A DNA stretch of 64,000 nucleotides from an uncultured virus (IMG/VR IMGVR_UViG_3300037516_001099) (IMGVR_UViG_3300037516_001099), one strand, 5' to 3'. Shown: positions 37,201-47,621, numbered from the stretch's first letter. Made by a program: numbers and translations. The notes: generated by a model not told the origin, from the letters alone.

Positions 37201-40085
37201 AAAAAAATATATTTGATGACGTGGGTGCACGTTTTAAAAATGGTATTTTAGTTGATAACTTTATTGGTCATGGCGTGGGAGATGTATTTAATCCAGACTA
37301 TAGTTGCTCAACTGATCGTGAAAATGGAATTTTGCGTCCACGCTATAATACGTACAACTCTGATCTTGCTATCGATAGTCCACAAATTAGTATAAATGGA
37401 AGTATTTCAAAACTAGTAGATGATGGGAAAATAAGAGTTCATGACAGCATTATTACCTTAAACTACAATGAAGTTGAACTTATATCACACCTAAAGGCGA
37501 CCGCTCATATTAGTGTACATCCTCATGTCTATGCAAAAATTAATGGACACATACGTCTGTCACCAGCAGCAGATAACTGGAAAGATACTGTTACCCGCCC
37601 AGACCTTATTGTAACTGACGATAGCGCATTTGACGCAATTAAATTTATTGCTGAAGACCCCGCGCTTGACATACTTGGTTCAGACTGGAATAACTGGGAA
37701 CGTGAATGGGGCGGCACCACAACTACAAGAGCTCCACTCCGAAACTGGCGCAGACGTGGTACAACTACGACTACTGTGCAAGAATTTACTGAGTCTCGTG
37801 AGGGCACAAACACTACTCTTGGATCTACATTTGTTCCAAAAAGTCTTGGAACAAATGTTGTAGACACTGTAATTATACCATTTATTCGCTCACGAATTGT
37901 CTATTTCCACGCTACTGGCTTAAAGGCGTCTACGCAAGTCTATCCTTTCTTTGAAGATCGTGACATATCGGCATACACAAATCAAGTAATTGGTAATGAT
38001 AGCACAAAATTTATTGTGCCTTCAACAATAAATGATAATAGTACTCGTATATTTAATAACATACTATCAGCGGATCTACCAGCTCCATTGAGTGGATATA
38101 CTCCATATGGTACCACACTAAAAACAGATTCAGCGGGAGAACTCTATGGATCATTTATTATACCAAATAATACATCAATGCGTTTTCGCACTGGTGATCG
38201 TGTTTTTAAATTAACGGATGACTCGCGAAATGCTTCTTCAGAAACTTCGTATGCATTTTCAAAATATAACGCGAGCGGAATACTTGAAACGGTGCAAGAA
38301 ACTATACTTTCAACCAAAACCCCGCAATTTGCAGTAACCCCGATTGAAGAAGAGCGTTCTGGTAGTGTGACTACAACTACGACTGCATATCATGACCCAC
38401 TTGCTCAGTCATTTATAATTAGTACAGATGACTATCCAACCGGGGTGTTTATAACATCAGTTGATATATATTTTGCTGAAAAAGCACGTTTACAACCAGT
38501 TGAAATTTATATTGTAACAATGACAAATGGAGCTCCTACTCGCACGGTTGTTCCATATTCAAGGGTTTTCCGCCGTCCAAGTGAAGTGCAAGTCAGCGCA
38601 AATGGTTCAGCAGCAACAAACTTTAAATTCAGTGACCCAGTCTTTTTGAAGACCGGCGAAGAGTATTCAATAATTGTATCATCGAACAGTGGAGACTATC
38701 GTTGCTGGTATGCAATACTTGGTGAAACAGACGTAGTTTCTGGCAAACGTATTGAAAAGCAAGAGTATCTTGGAACGTTCTTTACGAGTGCAAATGCATA
38801 TACGTGGACTCCTCAACAAGAACAAGACCTTAAATTTCGCATTAACCGTGCAGAATTTTTTAATATCGGTTCTACATCAAAGTCAGGAGATATACAATTT
38901 AGAACAAATCTGCATAGCGGCGTAGATAAAATAACAATAGAGGAACCCGGTGTTGGTTATAGTTTGCCACCCGCTATAACATTTGATCCGTCAAATGGCG
39001 GTGCTCGTGCCTCCGCGGTACTAAATCCAATTGATGGCAGTATTTCAGAAATAATACTGCATGATCGTGGATCTGGATATTCAGCCGCCGTCGATATCGT
39101 AGTTACACCTGTAGTCGGCAGTCAGACTCCCACCACAGTCGCTACTATTCGCGCCAAACTCGCGGAAATTCCAGTATCAATGTTTAATTTACGCCAACCA
39201 AGCTTAACATTTAACAGTACTGCAATAGATTATAGCATACAATTTAAATCCGAAACTCCTAAAAAATTCGAAACAGCGGCAAATATATATTTGCCTAGCA
39301 GTTATGGTAACTTAAATTCGCATACATTAAATGTAATTGGGCAAAATCAGTTGTTTGGGCCTCGAGCTCTTATAACTGCAAGCCTAACAACTACAGACCG
39401 CGCAATATCTCCAATTATTGATGTTGACGGATCATCATTACTTACTGTTACAAATCTTATAAATTCTGACAGTACAGATGAAGCATACGCTCGCTATCAA
39501 AGTGGAACTGCAACTGGAGGAACCGTTAATACTTTAATTGACAACGCAAAATCTTGGGTCGTCAATTCATTGGTAGGAAACACATTAAAAATTACAAGTG
39601 GTACCTATATTGGAACAGTATATCGAATTACTGATAATACCGATACTCAAATTACATTTAGTCCTAGTACCGGAGCACCGGGAACCGAGGGAATTATTTC
39701 TACTAACACATATAAAATATTGATTCCTGAACGGCGAGGCGCAGCTCTTGCTCGATATATTACTCGTAAAGTTGTTTTAAATTCTCCTTCTGATTGGTTA
39801 AATGTTTATATATCGACTAACCGCCCAACTGATCAAACTGATATTAAGGTGTATGTAAAGTTAGGATTTGATACTACAACATCAGATGATCTAATTGATT
39901 GGCAGGAATTAACACCAAGAGTGCCTATTCCTATTAGCAGCGACCCTAATAAATATAGTGAAAGCGAGTATAAAATTGATCCTAATGATGATTTTATTTC
40001 TTTCCAAGTTAAAATTGTGTTGCTATCAAATAATATTTTTGATATTCCAACGATTCGTGACTTTAGAGCAATTGCAACAGTATAA
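34299..40085 (+). CDS. Large virion structural protein (DUF4815/VrlC-like)
   Basis: LFKPGYSVQVRELNQLQS, APGADR, RYTMRDIG.IEKRI, RFKNG..VDNF, DPLAQSF, DFRAIA. Confidence 0.85.
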   Translation: MSITSYNTIYHDDYISSGNDDKNYLRVLFKPGYSVQVRELNQLQSSLQDQINRLGGSVWKADTAVVGGGTSFLPELFSLTFDLSTAELNVAGNVLTLAEIAEAAKSIAYLDSTLRGEILGYVKREDAKYTFYFNYTNTDEDGVGVFGGEFENGYKLILRSSDTSLPESELPVVNYVSYVSEGPASGLVCEEGVFYTKGSFVALPRQTFFIDKTETDESLTGYAVLKIDENITTYFDDSSLLDNANGTPNYSAPGADRYSIDLTLDWITSDDYETSTDSYIKLLVIKASRPVEIVETAEYTEIIDILAKRTSEESGNYTVNPFPIGIRETFDGDNLPVDCIVVGRKYRIQDLGVTTGELTNWVGLGATAPVSVGSEFTAVKYASTENTSTTAFVNGGKVSDLAYPYGAYQADNLDQIGYDITSTEKKVNAIESARDQYTVTLDSSVAYVDGYRVALNKSLNVTSKKARDEAELLTSISATTGSYFIGTIQTANTDDSTFPTISTVTNVYNLYAYEDNADITATPPEESASVVKIGTCRIKAFESVTGSSLYRCYVYDVEFTGASTAEWNARRFDNVEQIYGHNFMFNIDTANNGTLLEATGDTAIFQCPYPQSRQMSNTTFYAQRLFTGTVPSTGTPSITLSVSGGRIFTDTSDVLVMIAGDIASSTTVSPSGDLTTLTITGTEVTASAKYSVLAKIAVTNADNIARVTKSRKIVSDTIVGGGINGRIFSLQNTDVIRIVSVNTIDGDSKDITSLFKLIDDGQRNSIYTNARVQYSGLPFTETIEIEYEYYERLGGVGRDLVMYNVDSYRSNNNSVGTAYENIPTYKGVSLSDVIDFRQDVVYPVTNGVAGITAIANTNKSQIDPNTPITSLIKFYLPRIDAVTVNSGGEFTIINGVSSLTPVEPSVPKNSMTLYTLKVPAYTPNVSDIVKVYNDNRRYTMRDIGAIEKRISNIEYYTSLSLLERSATEKNIFDDVGARFKNGILVDNFIGHGVGDVFNPDYSCSTDRENGILRPRYNTYNSDLAIDSPQISINGSISKLVDDGKIRVHDSIITLNYNEVELISHLKATAHISVHPHVYAKINGHIRLSPAADNWKDTVTRPDLIVTDDSAFDAIKFIAEDPALDILGSDWNNWEREWGGTTTTRAPLRNWRRRGTTTTTVQEFTESREGTNTTLGSTFVPKSLGTNVVDTVIIPFIRSRIVYFHATGLKASTQVYPFFEDRDISAYTNQVIGNDSTKFIVPSTINDNSTRIFNNILSADLPAPLSGYTPYGTTLKTDSAGELYGSFIIPNNTSMRFRTGDRVFKLTDDSRNASSETSYAFSKYNASGILETVQETILSTKTPQFAVTPIEEERSGSVTTTTTAYHDPLAQSFIISTDDYPTGVFITSVDIYFAEKARLQPVEIYIVTMTNGAPTRTVVPYSRVFRRPSEVQVSANGSAATNFKFSDPVFLKTGEEYSIIVSSNSGDYRCWYAILGETDVVSGKRIEKQEYLGTFFTSANAYTWTPQQEQDLKFRINRAEFFNIGSTSKSGDIQFRTNLHSGVDKITIEEPGVGYSLPPAITFDPSNGGARASAVLNPIDGSISEIILHDRGSGYSAAVDIVVTPVVGSQTPTTVATIRAKLAEIPVSMFNLRQPSLTFNSTAIDYSIQFKSETPKKFETAANIYLPSSYGNLNSHTLNVIGQNQLFGPRALITASLTTTDRAISPIIDVDGSSLLTVTNLINSDSTDEAYARYQSGTATGGTVNTLIDNAKSWVVNSLVGNTLKITSGTYIGTVYRITDNTDTQITFSPSTGAPGTEGIISTNTYKILIPERRGAALARYITRKVVLNSPSDWLNVYISTNRPTDQTDIKVYVKLGFDTTTSDDLIDWQELTPRVPIPISSDPNKYSESEYKIDPNDDFISFQVKIVLLSNNIFDIPTIRDFRAIATV

Positions 40086-40090
40086 AATTT

Positions 40091-40321
40091 ATGGCAACTC
40101 GTAAAAAAATAAAAGTAGAAGACAATCCTTCATTGGAGAGAGATTCCTTTTCAGGCGCAATTTTAAACTCGGACATAACTGCATATACATCAGCGGTGCG
40201 TCGTAAAAAACGTATGCGCAGTCAAGAGCAGCTAATTGCTGAGTTAAGTAGAAAAGTTGGAGAATTATTGCTTTGGAAAGAAGAAATAATCAAATTATTA
40301 GCAAAAAAAGAGAATAAATAA
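40091..40321 (+). CDS. Small conserved protein following the DUF4815-like gene
   Basis: KVE..P.L.RD..SGAILN followed by a coiled coil. Confidence 0.7.
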   Translation: MATRKKIKVEDNPSLERDSFSGAILNSDITAYTSAVRRKKRMRSQEQLIAELSRKVGELLLWKEEIIKLLAKKENK

Positions 40322-40326
40322 ACATA

Positions 40327-43300
40327 ATGGATTCAATTCAATTTTCAGAGTTTTCTACGACTGGTGTTAATAATAGTGATACTTTTGACGTCTGGCGTAA
40401 AAAGACGAATGGTGTTATAGGTCAACTTGTTACTATAAATGATAGCATTTCACCATTATTCTACGGGGCAGGACAAACGCAGTCTGCATTGCTACGAACA
40501 GTTACGTTAGATGATTCTCAAACAATAACCGGAGCAAAAACTTTCTCGGGTGGTACAAAGGCTTTTCCAATTTTAAAAGTTGGCACTGCTGGATTCTATG
40601 AAGATAGTGGAGTTTTGGGAACTACTGGAGCATTTATTAGTGACCGAATAATAATTAATTCTGAGTTACAATTTGGTACACATTCTTATACAATTCCAAA
40701 TAACAATCCGGTAGAATCTTCACTATTAGAAAAGTCTGGTAATAGTTTATCATGGAAGACACTAAGTAGCATAATTTCTGTTATACAGCAGGAGGGGGCA
40801 GTAAATGTTGTTACTACAAATATAGTATTGCCTGTTGGTTCAATTATTGACTATGCTGTTTCGGCTGGAAGCGTTCCATCAAATTGGTTACGTCTCAGCG
40901 GAGGTCGTTTTAAAGGCGGAGACTATCCAGAACTTGCTGCTCTTATACTCAATGCGTATGGTATCATTTATACAACACAAACTGGCACTACACAGGCGCC
41001 AACAGTTTCATATAATTCTAACTGGTGGTATACGTTACCTAATACGTCTGGCAAAATTATAAAGGCAGTTGCTGATTCAGTAGTTAATACCTTTATAGAT
41101 CGTGGTAATGCCTTTGATATAATCAAAAATGGATCATCAATACAGTCTTTATCACTTGCAAATGGTGGTACTGGAATTTTAAATTTAAGGCATGACAATA
41201 CCTTACGTATTGACACGGCTACCCGCGAACTTGGTGTGGCTCCATTTTCAGTTGGTGCAGATAAAATAGCATCTAACGCGATTGATCCTAGTAAACTCAG
41301 TTTTGGGGGTCCTTCATGGGACACTAGCAGTTCATTATATGAGGGAAGCGATCCCAATACCCGGGCTCGCGTTGCTACTCGCGACTATGTTGACTCAAAA
41401 ATATCTAAAGCTGGACCAGTTAAAAAATTGGTGTCTCGCTTAGCATCTAACCCGCATTCATCTGCCCCAGCTTTTGGAGAATTTTGTTATATAAATCATG
41501 ATGGCGTGCCAATTATAACTGGCGTAAATACGAGCAGCCGTTTTGGTTTTGCTGATAAATATGCGCACACTGAAATGCCACTTCCAGACAACCGCCACGC
41601 AGTTGAGTTACATGTCGGCTATGATCATATGTGTGCTCTAGACGAAACTGGAGAGTTATGGGCGATTGGTAATAATAGTTACAATAAGTTTAATATTGTG
41701 CCGGGCGGCGATTCGATCACCCGCGCCATATGGACGAAAGCTTTTACTCCACTCTATACGTATAGTACAAACAATAAAATTCGCAAAGTTATACTCTCGG
41801 GTGACATCACTACAACTAATGTTGCTGTTATTGATACTTCAAATCGTTTGTGGATAGCTGGCAGAAATTATGCTGGAGTGCTTGGCCGCGGCGTCTCAGG
41901 TGACGCGACTAGCACTAACACCAAACCGGCGGGTGAAGCTACTCCAGTTTTAGAAAATGTGCTTGACGCGTTTCTAGTTGGATCCTCTGCATATGAAGTA
42001 TGTATTGCGCTAACTTCAGCCGGAATACATATGTCTGGTTATGGCGGAGTTGGACAAAATGGGATTGGTAATTCCAATGTTGCTAACGGTACCTTTAATA
42101 CAATACCAATAGATGGAATTTCTAATTATGGCGCGTGCAGTATATACGGTTCAGGCGAAGATCAATATACAACAATATACGTAAAAACCCCAAATAACTT
42201 AGTTTATGGTTGGGGTTATAATGGAAATAGTGTTTTAGGAAATGGTGGCACCGCAACTATAACACGCCCAACAGCAATCTTCGATAATCCAGATTTAAAT
42301 ATTGATAGTTTGTATACTAATGTCAATAAAGGTCCTATTGACAAGACCGGGACGTATGCAGATGAAGCTGCAACAGGCGCGGCCTATATTTCTGGCGTAA
42401 GGAATAATGCGACTGCTCCTCGAGGAGCAACTATACAAAGCACAGTGGCCGGACATACATTAGGGACATCAATTAGTTCAAGTGATTCTGGTAATATAAT
42501 CGCTGTTGGGGCTCCTGGCGCAAATGGACGGGTACAATGCCATGTTTACACCAATAATGTATGGTCAAACTATGGGCCAGTTATATCTGGCGCCGAGACT
42601 CTCTCATTATTTGGCCAATCTGTAAGTTTAAATTCTGAAGGATCACGACTTTGTATTGGTGTGCCAGACGGCCAATTAGTTGGTTCTTCGCGATCCGGTC
42701 AAGTGCGTATATATGACTATTCTATACAGGGCGCATCATGGATGCAACGTAACCTTTCATTTAATGGCGAGTTGGCTGCGTCTAAATTAGGATCATCTGT
42801 TGCATTATCTGGAGACGGCAATACATTTATTGCTGGAGCTCCGGGTTATAATAGCAACACCGGAAGAGTCTATATCAGACGAATAACTGCTACAGGAACT
42901 GAGACAGTTGGTGACCCTATAACAGGTACTGCAGCAAGTCAACAATGCGGCATAAAGGTTGCAATTAATACTTCAGGAACAGTAATAGCAATTGCCTCAA
43001 ATGGTATATCAACAGCGGGCGTTGTAAGAGTGTATACTCTAGTTGGTGGTACTTGGGTACGGGTCGGAGGTGATATAGTAGGAAGAGCTGCTACAGATGA
43101 CGCGATTAATATTTCTTTAAATGGTGCTGGTACTCTATTGGTGGTCGGTGCCCCGGGATCTGATATTGCAGGATCTAATAGCGGATCGACCCGAGTATTT
43201 AGTTATAATCCACAAACACTGGAATGGGTTCAACTTGGTGCTGATATACTTGGCCAATCAGTAAATGAAAGTAGTGGTTCAAGTGTTGCATTTTCACGCG

Positions 43301-44016
43301 ACGGCGCAGTTTTAGCAGTTGGCGCACCAGGTGCTGATGCTCTTAATCTTACTGATAATGGTGTCGTTCGACTATTTAAGTATGACGACAATAAATGGAA
43401 ACTATTAACGGCAGCACTCATTGGAACAATGGCTGGCGAAGGGTTTGGTAGAGCGGTTGCTATTTCAGCAACTGGTACAAATATTTTAGCGAGCTCGCCA
43501 ACATGGAACTCTAGCCGCGGCCAAGTGAATTCAATAGGGTTTGTGAGTGCGCCGACTATTTCATACGAAGTATGGTGTACAGGAACTAATACTGGAAATA
43601 AATTTTCATTTGCTGGAAATGTAACTACGTGGAGACGTGTTGGAGAGCTTCCAACTGGATATGCTATTGAAGACTTTTGGCCTGGTAGTGGTTACTATGC
43701 TAATAGCGTTAACTTTATAAAGGCTAGGCGTTTGTTGGATGGTATTAATTATTTATTTGTTGTTGGTGCAAACTCGAGGTATGAATCTGGGTATGGTAAT
43801 AAGACTGTCTTAAATACCTGGACGCGCTTAAATTTACAATCGCATATAGTGGATCGTATAATTGATATACAATCAGTAAGTCCTTATGCTGGCGAAGCCT
43901 ACACAATTTTACACCTAAATGACGGCACTCTCTACTTTGCGGGTTATAATAGTTATAGCATTGATCCAAATTTACCAACTAGTACTTACAGAACAAACTT
44001 TACACGCATAAAATAA
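40327..44016 (+). CDS. Fibre with collar-like domain, RCC1 propeller and inserted FG-GAP propeller
   Basis: DTFDVWRKKTN N-terminus; LPVGSII..WL collar; RCC1 repeats on both sides of G.SV.LS.DG...A.GAP repeats. Confidence 0.8.
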   Translation: MDSIQFSEFSTTGVNNSDTFDVWRKKTNGVIGQLVTINDSISPLFYGAGQTQSALLRTVTLDDSQTITGAKTFSGGTKAFPILKVGTAGFYEDSGVLGTTGAFISDRIIINSELQFGTHSYTIPNNNPVESSLLEKSGNSLSWKTLSSIISVIQQEGAVNVVTTNIVLPVGSIIDYAVSAGSVPSNWLRLSGGRFKGGDYPELAALILNAYGIIYTTQTGTTQAPTVSYNSNWWYTLPNTSGKIIKAVADSVVNTFIDRGNAFDIIKNGSSIQSLSLANGGTGILNLRHDNTLRIDTATRELGVAPFSVGADKIASNAIDPSKLSFGGPSWDTSSSLYEGSDPNTRARVATRDYVDSKISKAGPVKKLVSRLASNPHSSAPAFGEFCYINHDGVPIITGVNTSSRFGFADKYAHTEMPLPDNRHAVELHVGYDHMCALDETGELWAIGNNSYNKFNIVPGGDSITRAIWTKAFTPLYTYSTNNKIRKVILSGDITTTNVAVIDTSNRLWIAGRNYAGVLGRGVSGDATSTNTKPAGEATPVLENVLDAFLVGSSAYEVCIALTSAGIHMSGYGGVGQNGIGNSNVANGTFNTIPIDGISNYGACSIYGSGEDQYTTIYVKTPNNLVYGWGYNGNSVLGNGGTATITRPTAIFDNPDLNIDSLYTNVNKGPIDKTGTYADEAATGAAYISGVRNNATAPRGATIQSTVAGHTLGTSISSSDSGNIIAVGAPGANGRVQCHVYTNNVWSNYGPVISGAETLSLFGQSVSLNSEGSRLCIGVPDGQLVGSSRSGQVRIYDYSIQGASWMQRNLSFNGELAASKLGSSVALSGDGNTFIAGAPGYNSNTGRVYIRRITATGTETVGDPITGTAASQQCGIKVAINTSGTVIAIASNGISTAGVVRVYTLVGGTWVRVGGDIVGRAATDDAINISLNGAGTLLVVGAPGSDIAGSNSGSTRVFSYNPQTLEWVQLGADILGQSVNESSGSSVAFSRDGAVLAVGAPGADALNLTDNGVVRLFKYDDNKWKLLTAALIGTMAGEGFGRAVAISATGTNILASSPTWNSSRGQVNSIGFVSAPTISYEVWCTGTNTGNKFSFAGNVTTWRRVGELPTGYAIEDFWPGSGYYANSVNFIKARRLLDGINYLFVVGANSRYESGYGNKTVLNTWTRLNLQSHIVDRIIDIQSVSPYAGEAYTILHLNDGTLYFAGYNSYSIDPNLPTSTYRTNFTRIK

Positions 44017-44017
44017 T

Positions 44018-46021
44018 ATGGCAATAGATTATAAAAAAATAGTTTTAAAAAATAGTGCGACTCCCGGTGCGATTCCGATCCCGGATTTTTTAAGTAGTGG
44101 TGAACTTGCATTAAACTATGCAGACAATAAAATATATTATAAGACTCTCGATGGCAGCATTGTGGTTCACGAGACTCCAGATATTGATGTTGATCCTAGC
44201 CCAAATTCAATTGTCCGCCGGAACCTAGATGGTTCTGGTATATTTAATGGTGTGATTAGTGAAAGCACTGATGCTGATATCTATAGCATATATGCTACAC
44301 ACAGTACGTGCACTGCCGCAAAAATTATTAATACTGGACTGTGTGCTGGAGCAGAAATATCATCTGACCTTGGAACCGGAGCAGAAATAAGCAGTATATC
44401 TGGAACCGGAGCAATAATAAGCAGCAACACATCTGGAACCGGAGCAATAATAAGCAGTATATCTGGGACTGGAGCAGAAATAAGCAGCAACACATCCGGA
44501 ACTGGAGCAATAATAAGCAGCACATCTGGAACGGGAGCAATAATAAGCAGTGTATCTGGTATTAGTTTGTCTGCGTCATCTGAAACAGAAACTGGAGCAA
44601 TAATAAGCAGCACATCTGGAACGGGAGCAGAAATAACAAGTTTTAGTGGAACCGCCGCAGAAATCTATACCGAAGATGGAGACTATCATGCAACGTTTGG
44701 CGATCCAAGCGTGAATGTTCTCGGGATTAGCAATAATGACAATGGTTCGGTTGACATTGATTGGTTAACTGTGTCTAATGAAATTATTACTTCAACTAGT
44801 AAATTAAAGTCGGGAGCTACGGCTAATCAGACATGGACACTGCCCAATGAGACTGGTACATTGGCTACTAAAGAATACGTAAATATACTCGCGCAAGGTC
44901 TACATATTCATGCTTCTGTGCACGTTATCTTAAAAACTTCTCTTGAAAGTTTGGGTGCAGGAACGGTCACATACACCAACGGGACTGCAGGTGTTGGAGC
45001 GAAGTTGACGTTACAAAATCCTTTGACTCAGGCGATGCTCGATGGCGATCCAGATGCGCTTACAGTAGGTGCCCGAATAATTGTTGCCGGACAAAGCAAT
45101 CAAGCTATTAATGGAATATATACATATTCGACAAGTACAGAATTGATTCGCGCTACGGATTTTGATGAACCAGCAGAAGTTGCAGGTGGAGATTTTGTGT
45201 TCGTCACGCATGGTACTATCGGCGCTAATACTGGATGGGTATTATCTGAGAAAGTCACGTCTATTAGTTCAACTGGCAGTCCTTTCATTTTCCAACAATT
45301 CTCTGGAGTCGGAACGTTTACTGCCGGTAATGGTTTAACATTGGTGGGTGGAACTGATTTTAATGTTAACTCTACTACGCTCACGGTTGGCGCCGATGCA
45401 GTCGACTTAGCCTCTGGAATCGCAACAGCTGGTACATATCAAAGCGTCACGGTCGATACATACGGCAGAGTCACAGCTGGCACCAACCCAACAACCGTAA
45501 CGTATACCGCTGGTAACGGCTTAACATTGGCGGATGGAACTGATTTTAATGTTAACTCTACTGGAGCCGGTTCACTTACAGTTGGGGCAGATACAATCAA
45601 CCTGACATCTGGCATCGCAACAGCTGGTACATATAAAAGCGTCACGGTCGATACATACGGCAGAGTCACAGCTGGCACCAATCCAACGACACTTGCCGGT
45701 TATGGTATAACAGATGCAGTAAATGCGGTTGCGACTATTGTACCGATTAGCGCAGCAACTGAATTTATTTCTACTGATAATGCAAAAATATTCCATGTAT
45801 CTGGCACAACTACATTGACACTCCCGTCTGCCGGTTCCATTCTAGACGGATGGAGCATTGGTATTGTAAATGTCGGAGGAGCTCCATTAACGGTTAATCG
45901 CAGTTCTACCGATACTATCAATGGCGCATTGACTACTTTTAGCAATACCGTACCATATTCCGCCTTTTACATTTACAAGTCGAGCTCTAGCACATTTGTC
46001 GCAATAGGTATATTGTATTAA
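44018..46021 (+). CDS. Tail fibre protein
   Basis: L..GELA.N..D.K.Y N-terminus; AGTY.SVTVDTYGRVTAG repeats; GTGAIISS repeats. Confidence 0.8.
   Translation: MAIDYKKIVLKNSATPGAIPIPDFLSSGELALNYADNKIYYKTLDGSIVVHETPDIDVDPSPNSIVRRNLDGSGIFNGVISESTDADIYSIYATHSTCTAAKIINTGLCAGAEISSDLGTGAEISSISGTGAIISSNTSGTGAIISSISGTGAEISSNTSGTGAIISSTSGTGAIISSVSGISLSASSETETGAIISSTSGTGAEITSFSGTAAEIYTEDGDYHATFGDPSVNVLGISNNDNGSVDIDWLTVSNEIITSTSKLKSGATANQTWTLPNETGTLATKEYVNILAQGLHIHASVHVILKTSLESLGAGTVTYTNGTAGVGAKLTLQNPLTQAMLDGDPDALTVGARIIVAGQSNQAINGIYTYSTSTELIRATDFDEPAEVAGGDFVFVTHGTIGANTGWVLSEKVTSISSTGSPFIFQQFSGVGTFTAGNGLTLVGGTDFNVNSTTLTVGADAVDLASGIATAGTYQSVTVDTYGRVTAGTNPTTVTYTAGNGLTLADGTDFNVNSTGAGSLTVGADTINLTSGIATAGTYKSVTVDTYGRVTAGTNPTTLAGYGITDAVNAVATIVPISAATEFISTDNAKIFHVSGTTTLTLPSAGSILDGWSIGIVNVGGAPLTVNRSSTDTINGALTTFSNTVPYSAFYIYKSSSSTFVAIGILY
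44347..44660. repeat. Tandem 30/33-nt repeats encoding GTGA(I/E)ISS(N)(T/I)S
   Basis: Repeated GGAACnGGAGCA(A/G)(T/A)AATAAGCAG units. Confidence 0.85.
45317..45690. repeat. Duplicated fibre segment (TAGNGLTL..GTDFNVNST...YGRVTAGTNPTT)
   Basis: Two copies with long identical nucleotide stretches. Confidence 0.85.
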
Positions 46022-46022
46022 T

Positions 46023-46223
46023 ATGAACATACTAGATTTTAAACGTGCTATCACAGCTCAACCACTATTTGATGGTTTTTGGACATTTGATTCAACTGCA
46101 AGTGCATTAAGCGGTTTTACAATAACAACAAGTAATCCCAGTGAAATCGTAATAGTATGGGGTGATAATACCACTTCAACTGTAGCATCATCACCTGTCG
46201 TTACATCACATACCTATAGTTAA
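46023..46223 (+). CDS. Small protein, half-PKD-like, paralogous to the gp7 C-terminus
   Basis: W.F..T...LSGFT.TTS....I...W.D......V.S....HTYS*, shared with 24779-24928. Confidence 0.7.
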   Translation: MNILDFKRAITAQPLFDGFWTFDSTASALSGFTITTSNPSEIVIVWGDNTTSTVASSPVVTSHTYS

Positions 46224-46266
46224 AAATCTTGTGACGGAATAAATAATTTTCAATATATATAGTAAT

Positions 46267-47358
46267 ATGCCAAGTCGATCAATCACATTGTTACCGCAAA
46301 ATGGTAATGCATCAATCACTACAATTAATTGTGGAAGTAGTTTTTCAAGACTTGGAGGAGTTGTAGACGTTTCAGCTTTTCTGAATTTAACAAATTTTAC
46401 TTGTAATAATAATAATATAACTGAGATTTCGGGTTATTCTAATAACAGCAACTTAATAACTTTATCATTTGTTGATAATTTACTTACTGAAAGTTTGCCG
46501 TCTTTAAGTGGGATGACCAATTTACAAGAATTTAAATATAATCGAAATCAGATTAGTGGAAGCATTCCCCCCAGTTTAAGTGACTTGGCAGCATTACGAA
46601 TTTTCCAAGGTTTTAATAATGCGCATACTGGAAGCATCCCCAGTTTAAGTAGTCTTGTTAATCTTCGAATCTTCCAGTGTGATTTAAATAATCTAACTGG
46701 CACTATTCCAGCTCTTAATGCAAATACAGAGCTTACTAGTTTTTCTTGTAATTCTCAAAGAGGCGCAACAAAACTTACTGGGTCTATTCCAAGCTTGGCC
46801 GGGTTGACGAATTTACTAAATTTCTATTGTTATAACAATCAACTGTCTGACTTTGCAGGTGGTTCGGTATCAAATAAGTTAGGCGATTTTAAAGCTCAAA
46901 ATAATCTATTACCAGCATCAGCGGTAGACGCGATATTATCAGCCTTTGTTACCGCCAATAAAACAACTGGAACAAGGATACTAAGCTTACATGGTAATGG
47001 AAATGCATCTCCGACTAGTGTAGGGGTAATCAAAACAACATTGAGTGGAACTGCTTTTTCACGATCTGACACAACTGTTACAGTCAACTCTACGGCACAT
47101 GGATATGTCACAGGTGATTATGTAACAGTTAAAGATATAGCAGAAACTGATTTCCAAGGAACATTTGCAATAACTCGTATAAACGACAATACGTTTCAAT
47201 ATACAACACTTACAACTGGGGCATTAACTGGATCTGGAACCGCAACGTTGCGAAAAACATCCACTGGCAATACTAGCGGATTTAGAAGTTATCAAAATCT
47301 TGCTCTTGTATCGCGAACGGGCGGTCCATGGGACATAAACATTAATTTTCCGGCATAA
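46267..47358 (+). CDS. Leucine-rich-repeat protein
   Basis: Repeats L..L..F....N..TGSIP; C-terminal AHG..TGD.V FCCH-like domain. Confidence 0.85.
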   Translation: MPSRSITLLPQNGNASITTINCGSSFSRLGGVVDVSAFLNLTNFTCNNNNITEISGYSNNSNLITLSFVDNLLTESLPSLSGMTNLQEFKYNRNQISGSIPPSLSDLAALRIFQGFNNAHTGSIPSLSSLVNLRIFQCDLNNLTGTIPALNANTELTSFSCNSQRGATKLTGSIPSLAGLTNLLNFYCYNNQLSDFAGGSVSNKLGDFKAQNNLLPASAVDAILSAFVTANKTTGTRILSLHGNGNASPTSVGVIKTTLSGTAFSRSDTTVTVNSTAHGYVTGDYVTVKDIAETDFQGTFAITRINDNTFQYTTLTTGALTGSGTATLRKTSTGNTSGFRSYQNLALVSRTGGPWDININFPA

Positions 47359-47361
47359 CTT

Positions 47362-47610
47362 ATGATAAAAACTTACAAACAGGCAGTAATAACAGTTGAT
47401 GAAAATGTATGGGCATTTGTATATGATACAGATTCTAAGAAAATACTAATGGAACCTCAACAGTGTTCTGGAACATATACATGTTCTCAAACTCTTGTGA
47501 TTGCAGATAGTTTAGAAGAGTGTGAAGAATATATTGAAACTAATGCTATAACAAACAGTTTATATGAAGTTATGCCAGCTGATGAAGAATATATTGAACC
47601 TGAGTCTTAA
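47362..47610 (+). CDS. Hypothetical protein, paralog A
   Basis: W...Y...I..EP.Q.SG.Y.C...LV.AD.LEEC, shared with 47718. Confidence 0.75.
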   Translation: MIKTYKQAVITVDENVWAFVYDTDSKKILMEPQQCSGTYTCSQTLVIADSLEECEEYIETNAITNSLYEVMPADEEYIEPES

Positions 47611-47621
47611 TAAATAGTAAT

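Noticed and set aside
26163..45690. DGR template/variable repeat pairs in fibre genes
   Set aside because: The duplications are adjacent, in-frame and not adenine-specific in their mismatches; no reverse transcriptase in the window
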